Part shown: piece after piece, positions 28,510-38,434 of the stretch | Layout of the letters: each line of letters opens with the position of its first letter | Numbering within the stretch: the first letter of the stretch is position 1 | Source: an uncultured virus (IMG/VR IMGVR_UViG_3300030118_002829) | Lineage: Duplodnaviria > Heunggongvirae > Uroviricota > Caudoviricetes | Strand: one strand, 5' to 3' | DNA length: 64,000 nucleotides | IMG/VR virus record: IMGVR_UViG_3300030118_002829 | Location: 1-64,000 of that record | Made by a program: the position numbers and the translations under genes | Notes under the pieces: model-generated | What the model was told of the DNA's origin: nothing | Databases searched by the model: none | The model's input: only the letters and a program-made list of their open reading frames with translations

Positions 28510-30137
28510 CCTTGTAGAACCCAGTGTGTTTTGACTTCACACTTACTCATTGTTCTTGGCATAACAGTCCCTTCAATTGTAATTGGTCCTTTATCATCGG
28601 GAACAGTAAGAGTAGCCGCACTTAGGAAATAGTCTTGGAAGTTTAGTAAGATTTGCTCTCCACTGTCTTTATCGAATTGTAGAACAATCTCATTTGTTGA
28701 ACCCAAATCTTCAGCATTATTCAACAATTCTTGGAATAACTTATCGTCAGTAACTAGAGCAGTAAAGGCGATTTCATATGTCCTTTGAGCAGGAATAGCA
28801 TTCTTGATTGCTTTGCTAGAAATACCAACATATCTCTTATCTTGTAGATTATTATTAATCGTTAAGGTTAGATTGGTAATCTTTAGGAAAGTTTGACCAA
28901 AGCAACTAAACAATCCACTAGAGAAAAAGAATGGTTCTAATCCACCATTTGCTCCTGTTCCTGATGGATAATTAAGTAGAGTTGTATCTACCCCTACATT
29001 GTTTCTAGGAGTGTAGACTTCAGTAGTGGTTAAATCATTGACATAATCAACTGTTCTAGTGTTAAGGTCTAATGTCATCTTAACTTCTTCATTCTCATTA
29101 GCAGTTAGAGTAAAGGTGTTTACTCGATTGCCTCTAGCAATTCTAACAAGAGTTTCTGTTTCAGTAGCAGTTCCTTGAGTAGCAGTTACATTTGATGTTT
29201 TAGCGATACTGTGTTCTAAAGTAAAAGAGGGTAAGTCGGTCCCGTTAGCCTCTGAAAATTCATAGGTAATTGGGTTTTGAATTACACCTGCCGCAGTAAA
29301 AGTAGGAACAGTCAATTTATTCAGATTTGCAGGAGTATCTACACTAATAACAACTGGGGGCATTAATTGAGTATCTTCTCTAGTCCTGTAAAAGATTGGT
29401 CCTTGGTCAAGATGAGCAGTTTCAAACGAACCATCGTGAGCAGTTGAAGCAGTATCTCCTGTATCAATGTAAATTTGTTGATTAGTTGCTGCTTGCGCTA
29501 AGAAATTAGATTGAGGAACGGTAGAACCCGAAGCAGAAGTGTATTTTGCACCAGTGCATTTACCTAATGCGTAATACAACCATGTTCCTTGATTAGCAAC
29601 CAATCCAATGTTACCTCCACTTGCAGTTTCAATTCCTTTGTATTGATAACTAAAGTTTCTACTTCCGCCAAGTGCAAGATTCATTTGCTTCATCTCTACT
29701 TCCGTATTAGGGAAAGTAGCAGTTTCTACAAGACCCATCCAGTTATCAGCGTTTAACTTCAAAGAGTTTGCACCTATTCTCGGAGCAGGACAAGGAGTTC
29801 CATAAGGGTGTATATGAAAAAAGTCAAGGTCAGAAGAATCAAATGTTCCGCTAGATGCTGATAGAGCAGGTGGTGGTGAAACTGTAAAAGTAGTAGTAGT
29901 GTTAGAGGTGATAGTGTGTAAGGAAGAACTATTACTATCAGAAGCATCAAAGATTTCTACTGTGCATCCTTTATACAAATTAGGAACCAATTCCATTGTT
30001 GTAAAAGGAGACAACGGAGCAATTATACCCGTTGCTTCTGTTGATGCGCTTTCGTCTATAAATCCACTTAGCAATAGTTCTGGAACAAATGCTAAGTTTG
30101 CTTGGCTTCCTACAAATATGTCTTCATTTACTGTCAT
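28506..30137 (-). CDS. Major tail tube protein
   Basis: LPSFTLE...G.RVNTFTLTA, LTINNNL...AQRTYEI, C-terminal tube pattern; canonical position. Confidence 0.8.
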   Translation of the reverse strand: MTVNEDIFVGSQANLAFVPELLLSGFIDESASTEATGIIAPLSPFTTMELVPNLYKGCTVEIFDASDSNSSSLHTITSNTTTTFTVSPPPALSASSGTFDSSDLDFFHIHPYGTPCPAPRIGANSLKLNADNWMGLVETATFPNTEVEMKQMNLALGGSRNFSYQYKGIETASGGNIGLVANQGTWLYYALGKCTGAKYTSASGSTVPQSNFLAQAATNQQIYIDTGDTASTAHDGSFETAHLDQGPIFYRTREDTQLMPPVVISVDTPANLNKLTVPTFTAAGVIQNPITYEFSEANGTDLPSFTLEHSIAKTSNVTATQGTATETETLVRIARGNRVNTFTLTANENEEVKMTLDLNTRTVDYVNDLTTTEVYTPRNNVGVDTTLLNYPSGTGANGGLEPFFFSSGLFSCFGQTFLKITNLTLTINNNLQDKRYVGISSKAIKNAIPAQRTYEIAFTALVTDDKLFQELLNNAEDLGSTNEIVLQFDKDSGEQILLNFQDYFLSAATLTVPDDKGPITIEGTVMPRTMSKCEVKTHWVLQG

Positions 30138-30166
30138 TTTTCTTTCACCTTTACCTACTTACTTAC

Positions 30167-30754
30167 TTATATGGCTACTGCGAATTTTTTCATTGTTACA
30201 TTTACTTTATACCCAAATAATCTCTTTGCTTTGTTATTGGATTCTGTTCTTCCTCCTAGTATAATATGATTCATTTTTAGTGAGTCTCCGTTAATTGTAA
30301 CTGTTGCTCCTTTCCTCTTTGATTCTAAGGTGTGCCTAAGCGACTTATAAAGTGATTCCAACCTATCATGTGCAAAGATATTATCTGCCGCCCTAGTGTC
30401 TCCTCCGCTAACAGTCCGTATATGACAAGTTATATTATATATTTCATTACGAACATCCCAAGAAATAGTAGGATATTCTATATCTTGTCCGTCTTCAAAT
30501 ACCACGATAAGGTCTGAAGAAGTAGCACCACCTATTGCGGGACTAGTTTGATTCAATAAACTGTATTGTCGAGCCTGTCCTCTACTTACTTTACCCGATG
30601 TTCCATCGGTTGAACCGCCCGAAGATAAATTACGAATATCTAGAATTGTAGGTTTAACTCTATGACTACTGGATATACCTAGTGTATTCTGCATAACAGA
30701 AGCCGAAGGCCAATTGTCTCTTAGCAGTTGAACTAGGTATGTTACTTCGTCCAT
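30167..30754 (-). CDS. Putative tail terminator/completion protein
   Basis: Position upstream of tail tube; LLRDNW N-terminus, alpha/beta pattern. Confidence 0.55.
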   Translation of the reverse strand: MDEVTYLVQLLRDNWPSASVMQNTLGISSSHRVKPTILDIRNLSSGGSTDGTSGKVSRGQARQYSLLNQTSPAIGGATSSDLIVVFEDGQDIEYPTISWDVRNEIYNITCHIRTVSGGDTRAADNIFAHDRLESLYKSLRHTLESKRKGATVTINGDSLKMNHIILGGRTESNNKAKRLFGYKVNVTMKKFAVAI

Positions 30755-30942
30755 TACAAGCCACTATCCTTAACTGCTTTTTCTAATCTTACAGATATTT
30801 CCTTTTCTATCGCTTCCGCCATATACTTTTCAATTTCTGCATCCGAATAAATATAATCTCCTAAGCCGCTTTCCTCAAACAATTTATTCCTTTCTTCATA
30901 CATTCTCTGTATTTGTTTAACCAATTTCATTACATCACTCAA
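30754..30942 (-). CDS. Hypothetical protein
   Basis: 62-aa translationally coupled ORF. Confidence 0.6.
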   Translation of the reverse strand: MSDVMKLVKQIQRMYEERNKLFEESGLGDYIYSDAEIEKYMAEAIEKEISVRLEKAVKDSGL

Positions 30943-32059
30943 TTAAGAACACCCCTTCTTTCTTTCCATCCACCATTGCCATTGCTTCTTTTCTCAGAAT
31001 ATCGTATTTCTCTTTTACAGATATTTGATTATCTGATTCTGTAATAAGAACAGTAGCATCATCAGAACGAAGAATTTCACATGCTACAAGTTTAGTAGCG
31101 GCATCGGTTATTTGAGCAGGAACAGTTCCACTACCCGCATAATAAGTGGCTCTTACAGAATTAAGATGAATATATGGGAATTTGTCTCTAAAGAAAATTC
31201 TACCTTCTCTATTTATTTTCCACCAATCATCCATTCTACCTGTGTCTTGTTTATCGGTAAATCCACTAACACTTATCCCGTGTTCATTTGTGGTAGCAGA
31301 ATTACCATTCAAGTAAATAGCACATTCAGCCCCATCATCACTAGGAAGTAGAGAAGAAATGAGAACCTTACTAGAGTCCTCTGAATCTAGACAAGCATAA
31401 AAGAAATCAGAAACTTGTTTTGCTCCCGTAGAATCTGTTTGCCCTTTTGCTTGAGTAGCACCTGTTAATGCCGCAGTTTTAGAAGGATATTTTTCATTGA
31501 TTAATGAAACAAGTTCCTCCGCAGCCGTTTTGTTCCCATAGGTAGTATCGAATCTCGAATTGGTAGTGCCAGCAAGTAAATTGAATACTAAACCATTATT
31601 CGGTAAACGAAGATTAATTGTAGTTGTTCCACTAATCATTGATGTATAATCATTCATCGTTACTGAGGCTTCAGCACCACAAATGTTAGTCCATTTGTTA
31701 CCCTCCCAAATATCTAAACGAATCATCTTTGAGATACTATGCCTGTCTAATTGAACAAATCCAATATAGTCACGGTATCTTCCAATAGCATAATGACCTA
31801 CGCCAAAAGTAAAATTATGATATTCCTTTTCATAAAGTAATCTTCTCCAAGATGTTTTGGTTTTACTATCAATAAAATCTTCTATTCTTTTGATAAATTC
31901 CCCTACCTCAGAATGCATGGGTGTAGTGCTGGCTGAAAATGGGGGAATCTGTAATAGTTCTGCTACCTTATCAGCAGTGGTATAATATCCTCTACCTACC
32001 GAATAATCGGGATTAATAGTAGTGGTATCAGAAGGCGATTTATACTGAGACATAATCAT
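30935..32059 (-). CDS. Head-tail adaptor protein with insertion
   Basis: YTTADKVAELL...IEDFIDSKT...W and SVRATYYAG..VPAQITDAATKLVA, gp6/gp15-like adaptor motifs. Confidence 0.75.
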   Translation of the reverse strand: MIMSQYKSPSDTTTINPDYSVGRGYYTTADKVAELLQIPPFSASTTPMHSEVGEFIKRIEDFIDSKTKTSWRRLLYEKEYHNFTFGVGHYAIGRYRDYIGFVQLDRHSISKMIRLDIWEGNKWTNICGAEASVTMNDYTSMISGTTTINLRLPNNGLVFNLLAGTTNSRFDTTYGNKTAAEELVSLINEKYPSKTAALTGATQAKGQTDSTGAKQVSDFFYACLDSEDSSKVLISSLLPSDDGAECAIYLNGNSATTNEHGISVSGFTDKQDTGRMDDWWKINREGRIFFRDKFPYIHLNSVRATYYAGSGTVPAQITDAATKLVACEILRSDDATVLITESDNQISVKEKYDILRKEAMAMVDGKKEGVFLIE

Positions 32060-33312
32060 GCCTCCGTAGCAGTTGGAATGTTTGAAATAGCATCTTCTAG
32101 TTTTTCTAATCTAGCCTTTATTAGATTAAGATAATACTTACGGGCCATATTGATTTTTTCTCCTCTAAATTCTCCTGCTCTACCCGCAGTCATTCCACCA
32201 CGACCCAAACCACGAATCCTTTCAGTTTGGCCACCAGTAGCAGACATTGTAGTTTTAGGTTTTAGAGTAGCCGTAGCAGTGGTTCTAAATCTCGTTTTAA
32301 TTTCAACTAGATTATCTAACTCATCTCCTTCAAATTTAGGAACTTTTTCATCGTCTTCATCCAACAAAAACTCTCCATAATTAGGATTAACCTGTTTTTC
32401 TCCATCCACCATTATTTCCCTTCTATTGTCTCTTTCATACAATTTGTTTTCGGGGATTTGTCTAAGACGAATAGTAAGTTCCATAGTAAAATCATAAAGA
32501 GTGTTACTGTCTAGCAATTTGTTAGGCATATTGCTTAATATAATTCTTTCAAAATCATTTCGATTATCAAAAAGACCGTCAATCAATGCTTTTTCAAAAT
32601 CCGTAGTATCTCCCTCTTTAGGTCTTAATGCTAAAACTCCTTTTAATTCATCAGAAATTGATATTATACTAGATTTACTTTCCATTGGGTCCCTATCATC
32701 TTCGGGTTTATGTAAAGCGACTTCTATTCCTAACGATTCATACCATCCTATTTTTCCATTTCTTTCTTCGGGAGTTTCTGATGGCATATCAAATTTAAGA
32801 ATTATTTTATCTTCGGGACTATCATCATCGAATCTAATAAAATCCGCTAAATCTTCTTTACTATTTATTGAATCTCTAAGTCTTTTTTCTAAATCGCTAA
32901 CAGTATAATTCTTTTCTAATGCTCCTTTTGTTTCAAAGGGAGTAATTAACTGCTCTGTTCTAGGAGTATTCCTTACATCTTTTATTTTGTAGTCATCGGG
33001 AAATTCATTTAGATTAATAGCCTTTAGATTACCTAAAGGAATATCTTTCACTAATTCTTTGAATGAAGCACTTTTGATTTTATCAAGTGTTTGCTTACTT
33101 TTAGTTTTTAGATATTCTTCTGTCTCTTTAGTATAAGTTTGACCTCTTTCTTCTAGTAACTCATCCTGTTCATCTAGAATCTCATCTTCTAATTCATCAA
33201 GATTATTTTTTCTATCGGCATCATATGGTATAAGCAGATAATCCTTAAAGGATTGATAGAATCTATTATCTTTGACCTCTTGGAGAGTGCCATCATACCA
33301 TACTAGTCTCAT
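32056..33312 (-). CDS. Hypothetical acidic protein
   Basis: 418-aa ORF, no recognised motif. Confidence 0.7.
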   Translation of the reverse strand: MRLVWYDGTLQEVKDNRFYQSFKDYLLIPYDADRKNNLDELEDEILDEQDELLEERGQTYTKETEEYLKTKSKQTLDKIKSASFKELVKDIPLGNLKAINLNEFPDDYKIKDVRNTPRTEQLITPFETKGALEKNYTVSDLEKRLRDSINSKEDLADFIRFDDDSPEDKIILKFDMPSETPEERNGKIGWYESLGIEVALHKPEDDRDPMESKSSIISISDELKGVLALRPKEGDTTDFEKALIDGLFDNRNDFERIILSNMPNKLLDSNTLYDFTMELTIRLRQIPENKLYERDNRREIMVDGEKQVNPNYGEFLLDEDDEKVPKFEGDELDNLVEIKTRFRTTATATLKPKTTMSATGGQTERIRGLGRGGMTAGRAGEFRGEKINMARKYYLNLIKARLEKLEDAISNIPTATEA

Positions 33313-33317
33313 TTAAA

Positions 33318-34001
33318 TCACGCAAGCCACTTAGCCCAAGCCGCACCTTTCTGAACTAATTTACTTAATCCTAATCCACTGTTAGGAGGAGTATAGGTCG
33401 CTTGACCAGTAGCGGGGTCAATCCAGTATGGGTTATTGTAATTATCATAACCACTTGGAGGAACAGGATAACCACTTTGGTTAGTCATAGCCCCTTGTCC
33501 CATAGCCATGTTTTGATTCATACCACCTGTTATTGGCGCACCTTGGATATTAGCAGGAACATTATTTTGCATTTGAGGTTGTCCTCCTGCTTGACCATCT
33601 CCAAATCCTTGAGCCTCCAAGTATTGATTCTTTGCCATTTGTCTTTGATATACGACTTCTTGATTGATTGACGATGCTAATATTTGTTGAATATCCAATT
33701 GAATATTTTCTTCTGTAATTCTCTCATACTCAGCAAGGCATCCCTTTTCTAGAGTAATATCTCCTTGAGTTGCTTCTAATTTAAAATGTAATTTAGTTAG
33801 CATTCTACTCATTACTCTTTCAATAACATCTTCCAATAATTTCTCATAAGAAGTAAAGAATGCTTCGCCATGATACAATAAAAATTCTTCAACATGGTTA
33901 TCTTGTAGAGTCAAAAGATTGTTCATAGCCTTGAAATTTTTATCGCTATTTTGATTCATTTGGCTTGCCAAAGCACTATTACTTGTCCCTAGTAATCCCA
34001 T
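33318..34001 (-). CDS. Helical protein with Q/G/P-rich tail, WW-like motif and C-terminal amphipathic helix
   Basis: PYWIDPATGQATYTPP; C-terminus GLGLSKLVQKGAAWAKWLA. Confidence 0.7.
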   Translation of the reverse strand: MGLLGTSNSALASQMNQNSDKNFKAMNNLLTLQDNHVEEFLLYHGEAFFTSYEKLLEDVIERVMSRMLTKLHFKLEATQGDITLEKGCLAEYERITEENIQLDIQQILASSINQEVVYQRQMAKNQYLEAQGFGDGQAGGQPQMQNNVPANIQGAPITGGMNQNMAMGQGAMTNQSGYPVPPSGYDNYNNPYWIDPATGQATYTPPNSGLGLSKLVQKGAAWAKWLA

Positions 34002-34624
34002 TATTCATCACCTATTAGTTCATCAATTTGTCCTATTTTACCTTTCAAATCCATTAGTAGTATCATCAGTTTTTCTTCTGCCGTTGTAGTATCCGCCTTC
34101 GGGGGTTGTATTTCCCATCCCTTAGAGGTTAATGAAATTATATCCTTCTCAGTTAAACTAGTTATTGGTCCCCTACTTATTACATTCGGTATTCTAGCCT
34201 TTGGGATATACTTTTTGAACTCTAATCCATGCTTTTCAGCAATCAATTGTTGCTCTAACATTTCCATTTGTTTAAACATAGAAGAATGTTTAGGACAGTA
34301 AGTTCCTCTTAACGGTCTACCTTTATGCACATAAGATAATGGAATAGGTGGTCTAAGAGTATCACCTGCTTCCCAAATGTGATGAACTCCACAAACTACA
34401 CATCTATCTTTAATGTTAAACTTGTAACCGTATTTTAATCCCAAAAGGCTTTTCTTTTCGGGCAATAATACCTTTGTTATCTCTTTCATTTGTTTCTTAG
34501 TATCAAGAGATTTGTATTCAAAATTAATTATAGGACCTGCGGCTCTCGCAGTGTTTTTTATTCTTAATGGGTTAATCATTGTATTATCATTACCAATTAT
34601 GTTTGGTGTATATATTGCGCTCAT
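34001..34624 (-). CDS. Putative Zn-binding protein in GTPase cassette
   Basis: CVVC...YCPKH (CxxC/CxxH) followed by a helical region. Confidence 0.7.
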   Translation of the reverse strand: MSAIYTPNIIGNDNTMINPLRIKNTARAAGPIINFEYKSLDTKKQMKEITKVLLPEKKSLLGLKYGYKFNIKDRCVVCGVHHIWEAGDTLRPPIPLSYVHKGRPLRGTYCPKHSSMFKQMEMLEQQLIAEKHGLEFKKYIPKARIPNVISRGPITSLTEKDIISLTSKGWEIQPPKADTTTAEEKLMILLMDLKGKIGQIDELIGDE

Positions 34625-34628
34625 TTTA

Positions 34629-35306
34629 TCAATACTCCTTTATCATTGTCATTATTCCTCGGTAGACCATTTCTGGGTCCGATTTGGCAGATACGATGTA
34701 TTTGAAACATGGTATGCCTCTATCCTGTAATCGTTGCATACCGAGTCTGAACGGTTCAAAAATTGGATGTTTCTCAATAGCCCCGTTGTGTTCATACTTA
34801 TCCTTCCACAAATCATACTTGTTGGCCCATATGCCTACTGCGATTGGGAAATCCTTGTCTTTCTTCTTTTTAGTTTTACCCTTTCCTAAACGCCAAAAGT
34901 TATCACAAATTGTATCAACTAAAAACTGCCAAGATAATTGATGTTCTAGATTGTATGCTTCTGATAAATGACGGTCATCTATCATGAATATGATGTATTT
35001 TACTTTCCTTTTCATCATATCTTTTTTCCATGCATCCCAGTAATATGATTGTCCTCCCACATCAGCAGTTTTGATGGTTCGACTATCCTTATCTATTTTT
35101 ACTGTTTTTCTACTTGCACGATGTAATCCCTTTGTTCTCTCTTTAACTACTGGGACTTCACCTCTAGTTCTCAATTGACGATGTAAAGTAGTTTTACCTG
35201 CTTTACTAGCACCATATACTCCAAAGTTTAACGCATGTATTCTTTGATACGCTTTAGCCATTGCTTCAGCCGCTAATATAGAGAAGCCCGTCAATAGTGT
35301 GGCCAT
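34629..35306 (-). CDS. Arf/Sar1/Ras-superfamily small GTPase
   Basis: G1 GASKAGKT, G2 Thr (ERTKG), G3 DVGGQ, IIFMID, G4 ANKYD, G5 VSAK; N-terminal hydrophobic/amphipathic helix. Confidence 0.9.
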   Translation of the reverse strand: MATLLTGFSILAAEAMAKAYQRIHALNFGVYGASKAGKTTLHRQLRTRGEVPVVKERTKGLHRASRKTVKIDKDSRTIKTADVGGQSYYWDAWKKDMMKRKVKYIIFMIDDRHLSEAYNLEHQLSWQFLVDTICDNFWRLGKGKTKKKKDKDFPIAVGIWANKYDLWKDKYEHNGAIEKHPIFEPFRLGMQRLQDRGIPCFKYIVSAKSDPEMVYRGIMTMIKEY

Positions 35307-35309
35307 ACA

Positions 35310-35528
35310 TCAGTCCCACCCTACTAACTCCTTTAAATTATCAATGGCCATTCCAATCAAATCTACGCCCATTGCACCCATTATGTTACCAATCAAAAAG
35401 AAAAATACAGTTGAGGTAATACCCCAAATCCAGTATCTAACCTTCAAAAAGAATATATCAGCAGAATGCGCCCTAGACAAATCATACGCTAAAGACTGTT
35501 CATCTACTCCTAAGAGTCTATCTAACAA
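35310..35528 (-). CDS. Single-TM membrane protein
   Basis: YWIWGITSTVFFFLIGNIMGAMGV hydrophobic helix; AGGTGAT SD. Confidence 0.72.
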   Translation of the reverse strand: MLDRLLGVDEQSLAYDLSRAHSADIFFLKVRYWIWGITSTVFFFLIGNIMGAMGVDLIGMAIDNLKELVGWD

Positions 35529-35540
35529 AAAGCATCACCT

Positions 35541-35945
35541 TCATTCTAATGCTTGAAGGAATGTTTCAGATACCTCATCATAGGATTGTTGTGGGCCACC
35601 GTAATAGTTTAGATTTCTACCTTTCATAGATTCTCTAATCTTTTGCTTTTGGTTTTCATCCCTTTGTTTCTTTTCCCAATACATGTCTATCTTTCTATTC
35701 AATAACCACATTTCAAATCTATCATTAATTGCTAAATCAAAAAGTGCTTTCTGTAACATGATTACACCTACTGTAATCAAGCCAAACAATACTGCGTGTG
35801 TAACTGCCGTAAATGGTAATTGACTACCATAGTTGGAATAGAAATAAACATTCATTCCACACATTGCACCTACATACATTATCGTCATTATCAGCCTAGT
35901 ATCTTTATTTATAGCCGCCATTATATCCCTCTCAAATAAATTCAA
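35541..35945 (-). CDS. Two-TM membrane protein with charged cytoplasmic tail
   Basis: LIMTIMYVGAMCGMNVYF and AVLFGLITVGVIML helices; likely start MAAINK. Confidence 0.72.
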   Translation of the reverse strand: MNLFERDIMAAINKDTRLIMTIMYVGAMCGMNVYFYSNYGSQLPFTAVTHAVLFGLITVGVIMLQKALFDLAINDRFEMWLLNRKIDMYWEKKQRDENQKQKIRESMKGRNLNYYGGPQQSYDEVSETFLQALE

Positions 35946-36249
35946 CGGTGAATGTAGCGGCTGAACCCGATGCCACAGTCACATCAGCATACAGTCCATT
36001 TTTGAAAAGAACTCCGTGCATATCTGCTTCTGCGTAAGGAAGAAGCCCAAAATCAACTACAAGTTGGCCAATCAATGTATCATTACTTGCACCTGCTGAT
36101 GAAGTAGCGTCATATACTTTGATATTAGTTAGGCCAGCCACTGTTGCCAATCCATGAATACTTGTTAGTTTACCTTGTCCTGTAACAATTTGAGTGTCAG
36201 CAGTTATGCCACCACTACTTCTACAACCACCTATTCCAGTCATCTGCAT
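35932..36249 (-). CDS. Small beta-rich virion protein
   Basis: G.L.SI...IKVYD...GVLFKNGLY pattern common in phage structural proteins. Confidence 0.6.
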   Translation of the reverse strand: MQMTGIGGCRSSGGITADTQIVTGQGKLTSIHGLATVAGLTNIKVYDATSSAGASNDTLIGQLVVDFGLLPYAEADMHGVLFKNGLYADVTVASGSAATFTVEFI

Positions 36250-36289
36250 TCCCTCGTTAAGAGATGCTAAATACTTTCAGCGTATAAGG

Positions 36290-36697
36290 TTACTCATCAG
36301 TAGAAGTTTCTTCTGATGTTTCCTCAACAGGGGTTTCAGTAGCAGGTTTAGAGGAAGTTAAAGTGGATTTAACTGCCGCTACTGTTTTCTTAGGAACCTC
36401 TGCCGCTTTCTTTGCTACTGTCTTTTTAGGTAACAAAGCAGTCTTTACGGCTTTAGGTTCAACGCTAAGTTTTTCTCCCATTTCAGTCAGCAATTCTTCG
36501 GGTAGTTCCTTGAAATCTGCATCAGTAAATTCGACTATAAAGTTAGGGTCTTTCATATACATAACTGCAACTTGCGAATTAACTTCTTGGGTTACTCCTG
36601 CTATGAACTCAATATTCTGAAAGATAAAGGAAGAAACACAAAGTCTTTCATCCTGTTCATGCCTAGGCAATAAAGTTACTTTAGCCAAAGGTATCAC
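36290..36697 (-). CDS. Hypothetical protein with K/A/E-rich tail
   Basis: 135-aa ORF downstream of capsid genes; PKKTV repeat. Confidence 0.6.
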   Translation of the reverse strand: MIPLAKVTLLPRHEQDERLCVSSFIFQNIEFIAGVTQEVNSQVAVMYMKDPNFIVEFTDADFKELPEELLTEMGEKLSVEPKAVKTALLPKKTVAKKAAEVPKKTVAAVKSTLTSSKPATETPVEETSEETSTDE

Positions 36698-36699
36698 CC

Positions 36700-37038
36700 T
36701 CAGATAAGACCGTATGCTCTCACTCTAACAGTTCCTTCATTTGAAGTTCCAGATTGTTCAGAACTACCAACATTTAGAAGAATAGCAAAGGTGGAGGAAG
36801 AAGCGTATGCTCCTGTTTCAGCAGTTACTACTGCTCTAGCGGAATGAGTTTCTTCCTCAACACCTGTTACTATTACACAATTAACTGTGGATAAACCTAA
36901 ATCAGAAGCGGAAATAACTTCACCGTTTTGAGTATATGCAGTAATATCAATTGCTGCATCCACAAAGTATTCATCACCCGAAACTCTAGGGGCAGTTGCT
37001 CCCTTATGGTCTGCGATTATAGTTATACTGTGAGTCAC
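36700..37038 (-). CDS. Putative capsid decoration/cement protein
   Basis: Directly downstream of MCP; Y..NGE.I...DLGL...VRVRAYG. Confidence 0.6.
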   Translation of the reverse strand: MTHSITIIADHKGATAPRVSGDEYFVDAAIDITAYTQNGEVISASDLGLSTVNCVIVTGVEEETHSARAVVTAETGAYASSSTFAILLNVGSSEQSGTSNEGTVRVRAYGLI

Positions 37039-37048
37039 TTAAATCACC

Positions 37049-38410
37049 TCACTTCAAGTTGGTGATTTTACCTTGTCCTCTGAAGAAGGTGCAACCAGTC
37101 TCTCCCATTGTTCTGTAAAGTCCTCTGTTACCTAGAACACCTACACCGAATGGGTTTCCATGAGAAATACCATCCTCAAAGTATTGGGTAGGCTTCATTG
37201 TAGCAAACCATAGATGGTCAGTGTCTAGCAATAGCATGTCGGATAGACCGCTTGTTGCCGCACCTGTCTTTGGCATGTCTTTACAAGGAATTAGTGGAAT
37301 ATCGTAGTATGTTGCGACTCTGAATCCGACTTCTTGACCTTTAACACCCTTTACACCGTTATGGGTTGGGATAACTTCTTTAGCATCCATGAATCTTTCT
37401 TGGCTTTGTAGCAAGTCAGACAATGCTTGGATGGTATCATATCCAGTTAGGATAACCTTTGGAGTTCCGCCATTCAATCTTAGATTCTGGATAACATCGT
37501 TAATGATGCTTAGTGTTAGAACACGACCCGCAGTAGCATAAGAAGCACCGTAGTTTACGACTGAATCCATGAAAGATGCGCCACTTGCTCTTGAGTTGTT
37601 ACCGTAAAGAGTTGTTACATCAGCGTCTAGGTCAGCAATAGCACTAGAAACACTTGAAAGTCTATCTAGTTCACCACCTGTATCTGACAACTCATCGTTA
37701 CTGCTAACAATCTTCAATAGAGAAGTATAGTTTTCACGAATTCTACCAGTTGAGGTATCATTACCTAGTGTGTCATAGTTTTCAAGAGGCATTACTAGCA
37801 TAACCGATTGAGATTCTGCGTGGAATTTACCCATATCTTCACGAATGAGTTTACGAATGTCTCCAACACCATCATCAATCTTAGCCATTTCAGCCGCAAG
37901 TTCTGAGTAATCGAACATATGAGCAACAATCTTTGGATTCATGTGTAGAGTTGTGTATTCGGGAGCAAGGGCTTTCAACTGTGTGCTATCCAATGCTTCG
38001 TTTTCTCCAACACCACCGAGCAAATCTCCATCGGGAGTTGCTGAACCTTGTGCGCCAGTTCCAGTAGTTGCGCCAACTGCGAAAGCAGCAGCACTACCAC
38101 CTTGAGGTCTGTTAATCATAACTCTCCAACCGCTAGAGGTATATGGCCTCTTAGGTAGAATAGATAGTGGATTAATTTCTTGGTTAATCATTGACCAAAC
38201 TTTTTGGCCGTAAACCATATTGTAAAGTGCGGTTAGGTTTGAACCTGCACTTCCGTTAAGAGTTAGTGCAGTATCAGACGAACCAGTAAAACCACTGTTG
38301 ATAGAACCAACAATACCAGCCGACTTCAATAGGTTGTTTCCACCCATGTTACCATAGGTTGCTCTTTCCAAATCTTGAATTGTGTTAATATATTTTGTCA
38401 TCTTCTTCAT
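37049..38410 (-). CDS. Major capsid protein (HK97 fold)
   Basis: YG.KVW..IN.E.N..SILPK.P...SGWRV N-terminus, GG.PKVILTG.DT, QGKITNLK C-terminus; follows protease. Confidence 0.9.
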   Translation of the reverse strand: MKKMTKYINTIQDLERATYGNMGGNNLLKSAGIVGSINSGFTGSSDTALTLNGSAGSNLTALYNMVYGQKVWSMINQEINPLSILPKRPYTSSGWRVMINRPQGGSAAAFAVGATTGTGAQGSATPDGDLLGGVGENEALDSTQLKALAPEYTTLHMNPKIVAHMFDYSELAAEMAKIDDGVGDIRKLIREDMGKFHAESQSVMLVMPLENYDTLGNDTSTGRIRENYTSLLKIVSSNDELSDTGGELDRLSSVSSAIADLDADVTTLYGNNSRASGASFMDSVVNYGASYATAGRVLTLSIINDVIQNLRLNGGTPKVILTGYDTIQALSDLLQSQERFMDAKEVIPTHNGVKGVKGQEVGFRVATYYDIPLIPCKDMPKTGAATSGLSDMLLLDTDHLWFATMKPTQYFEDGISHGNPFGVGVLGNRGLYRTMGETGCTFFRGQGKITNLK

Positions 38411-38434
38411 CTCCTTGTTATTTCTCTAATGGGT

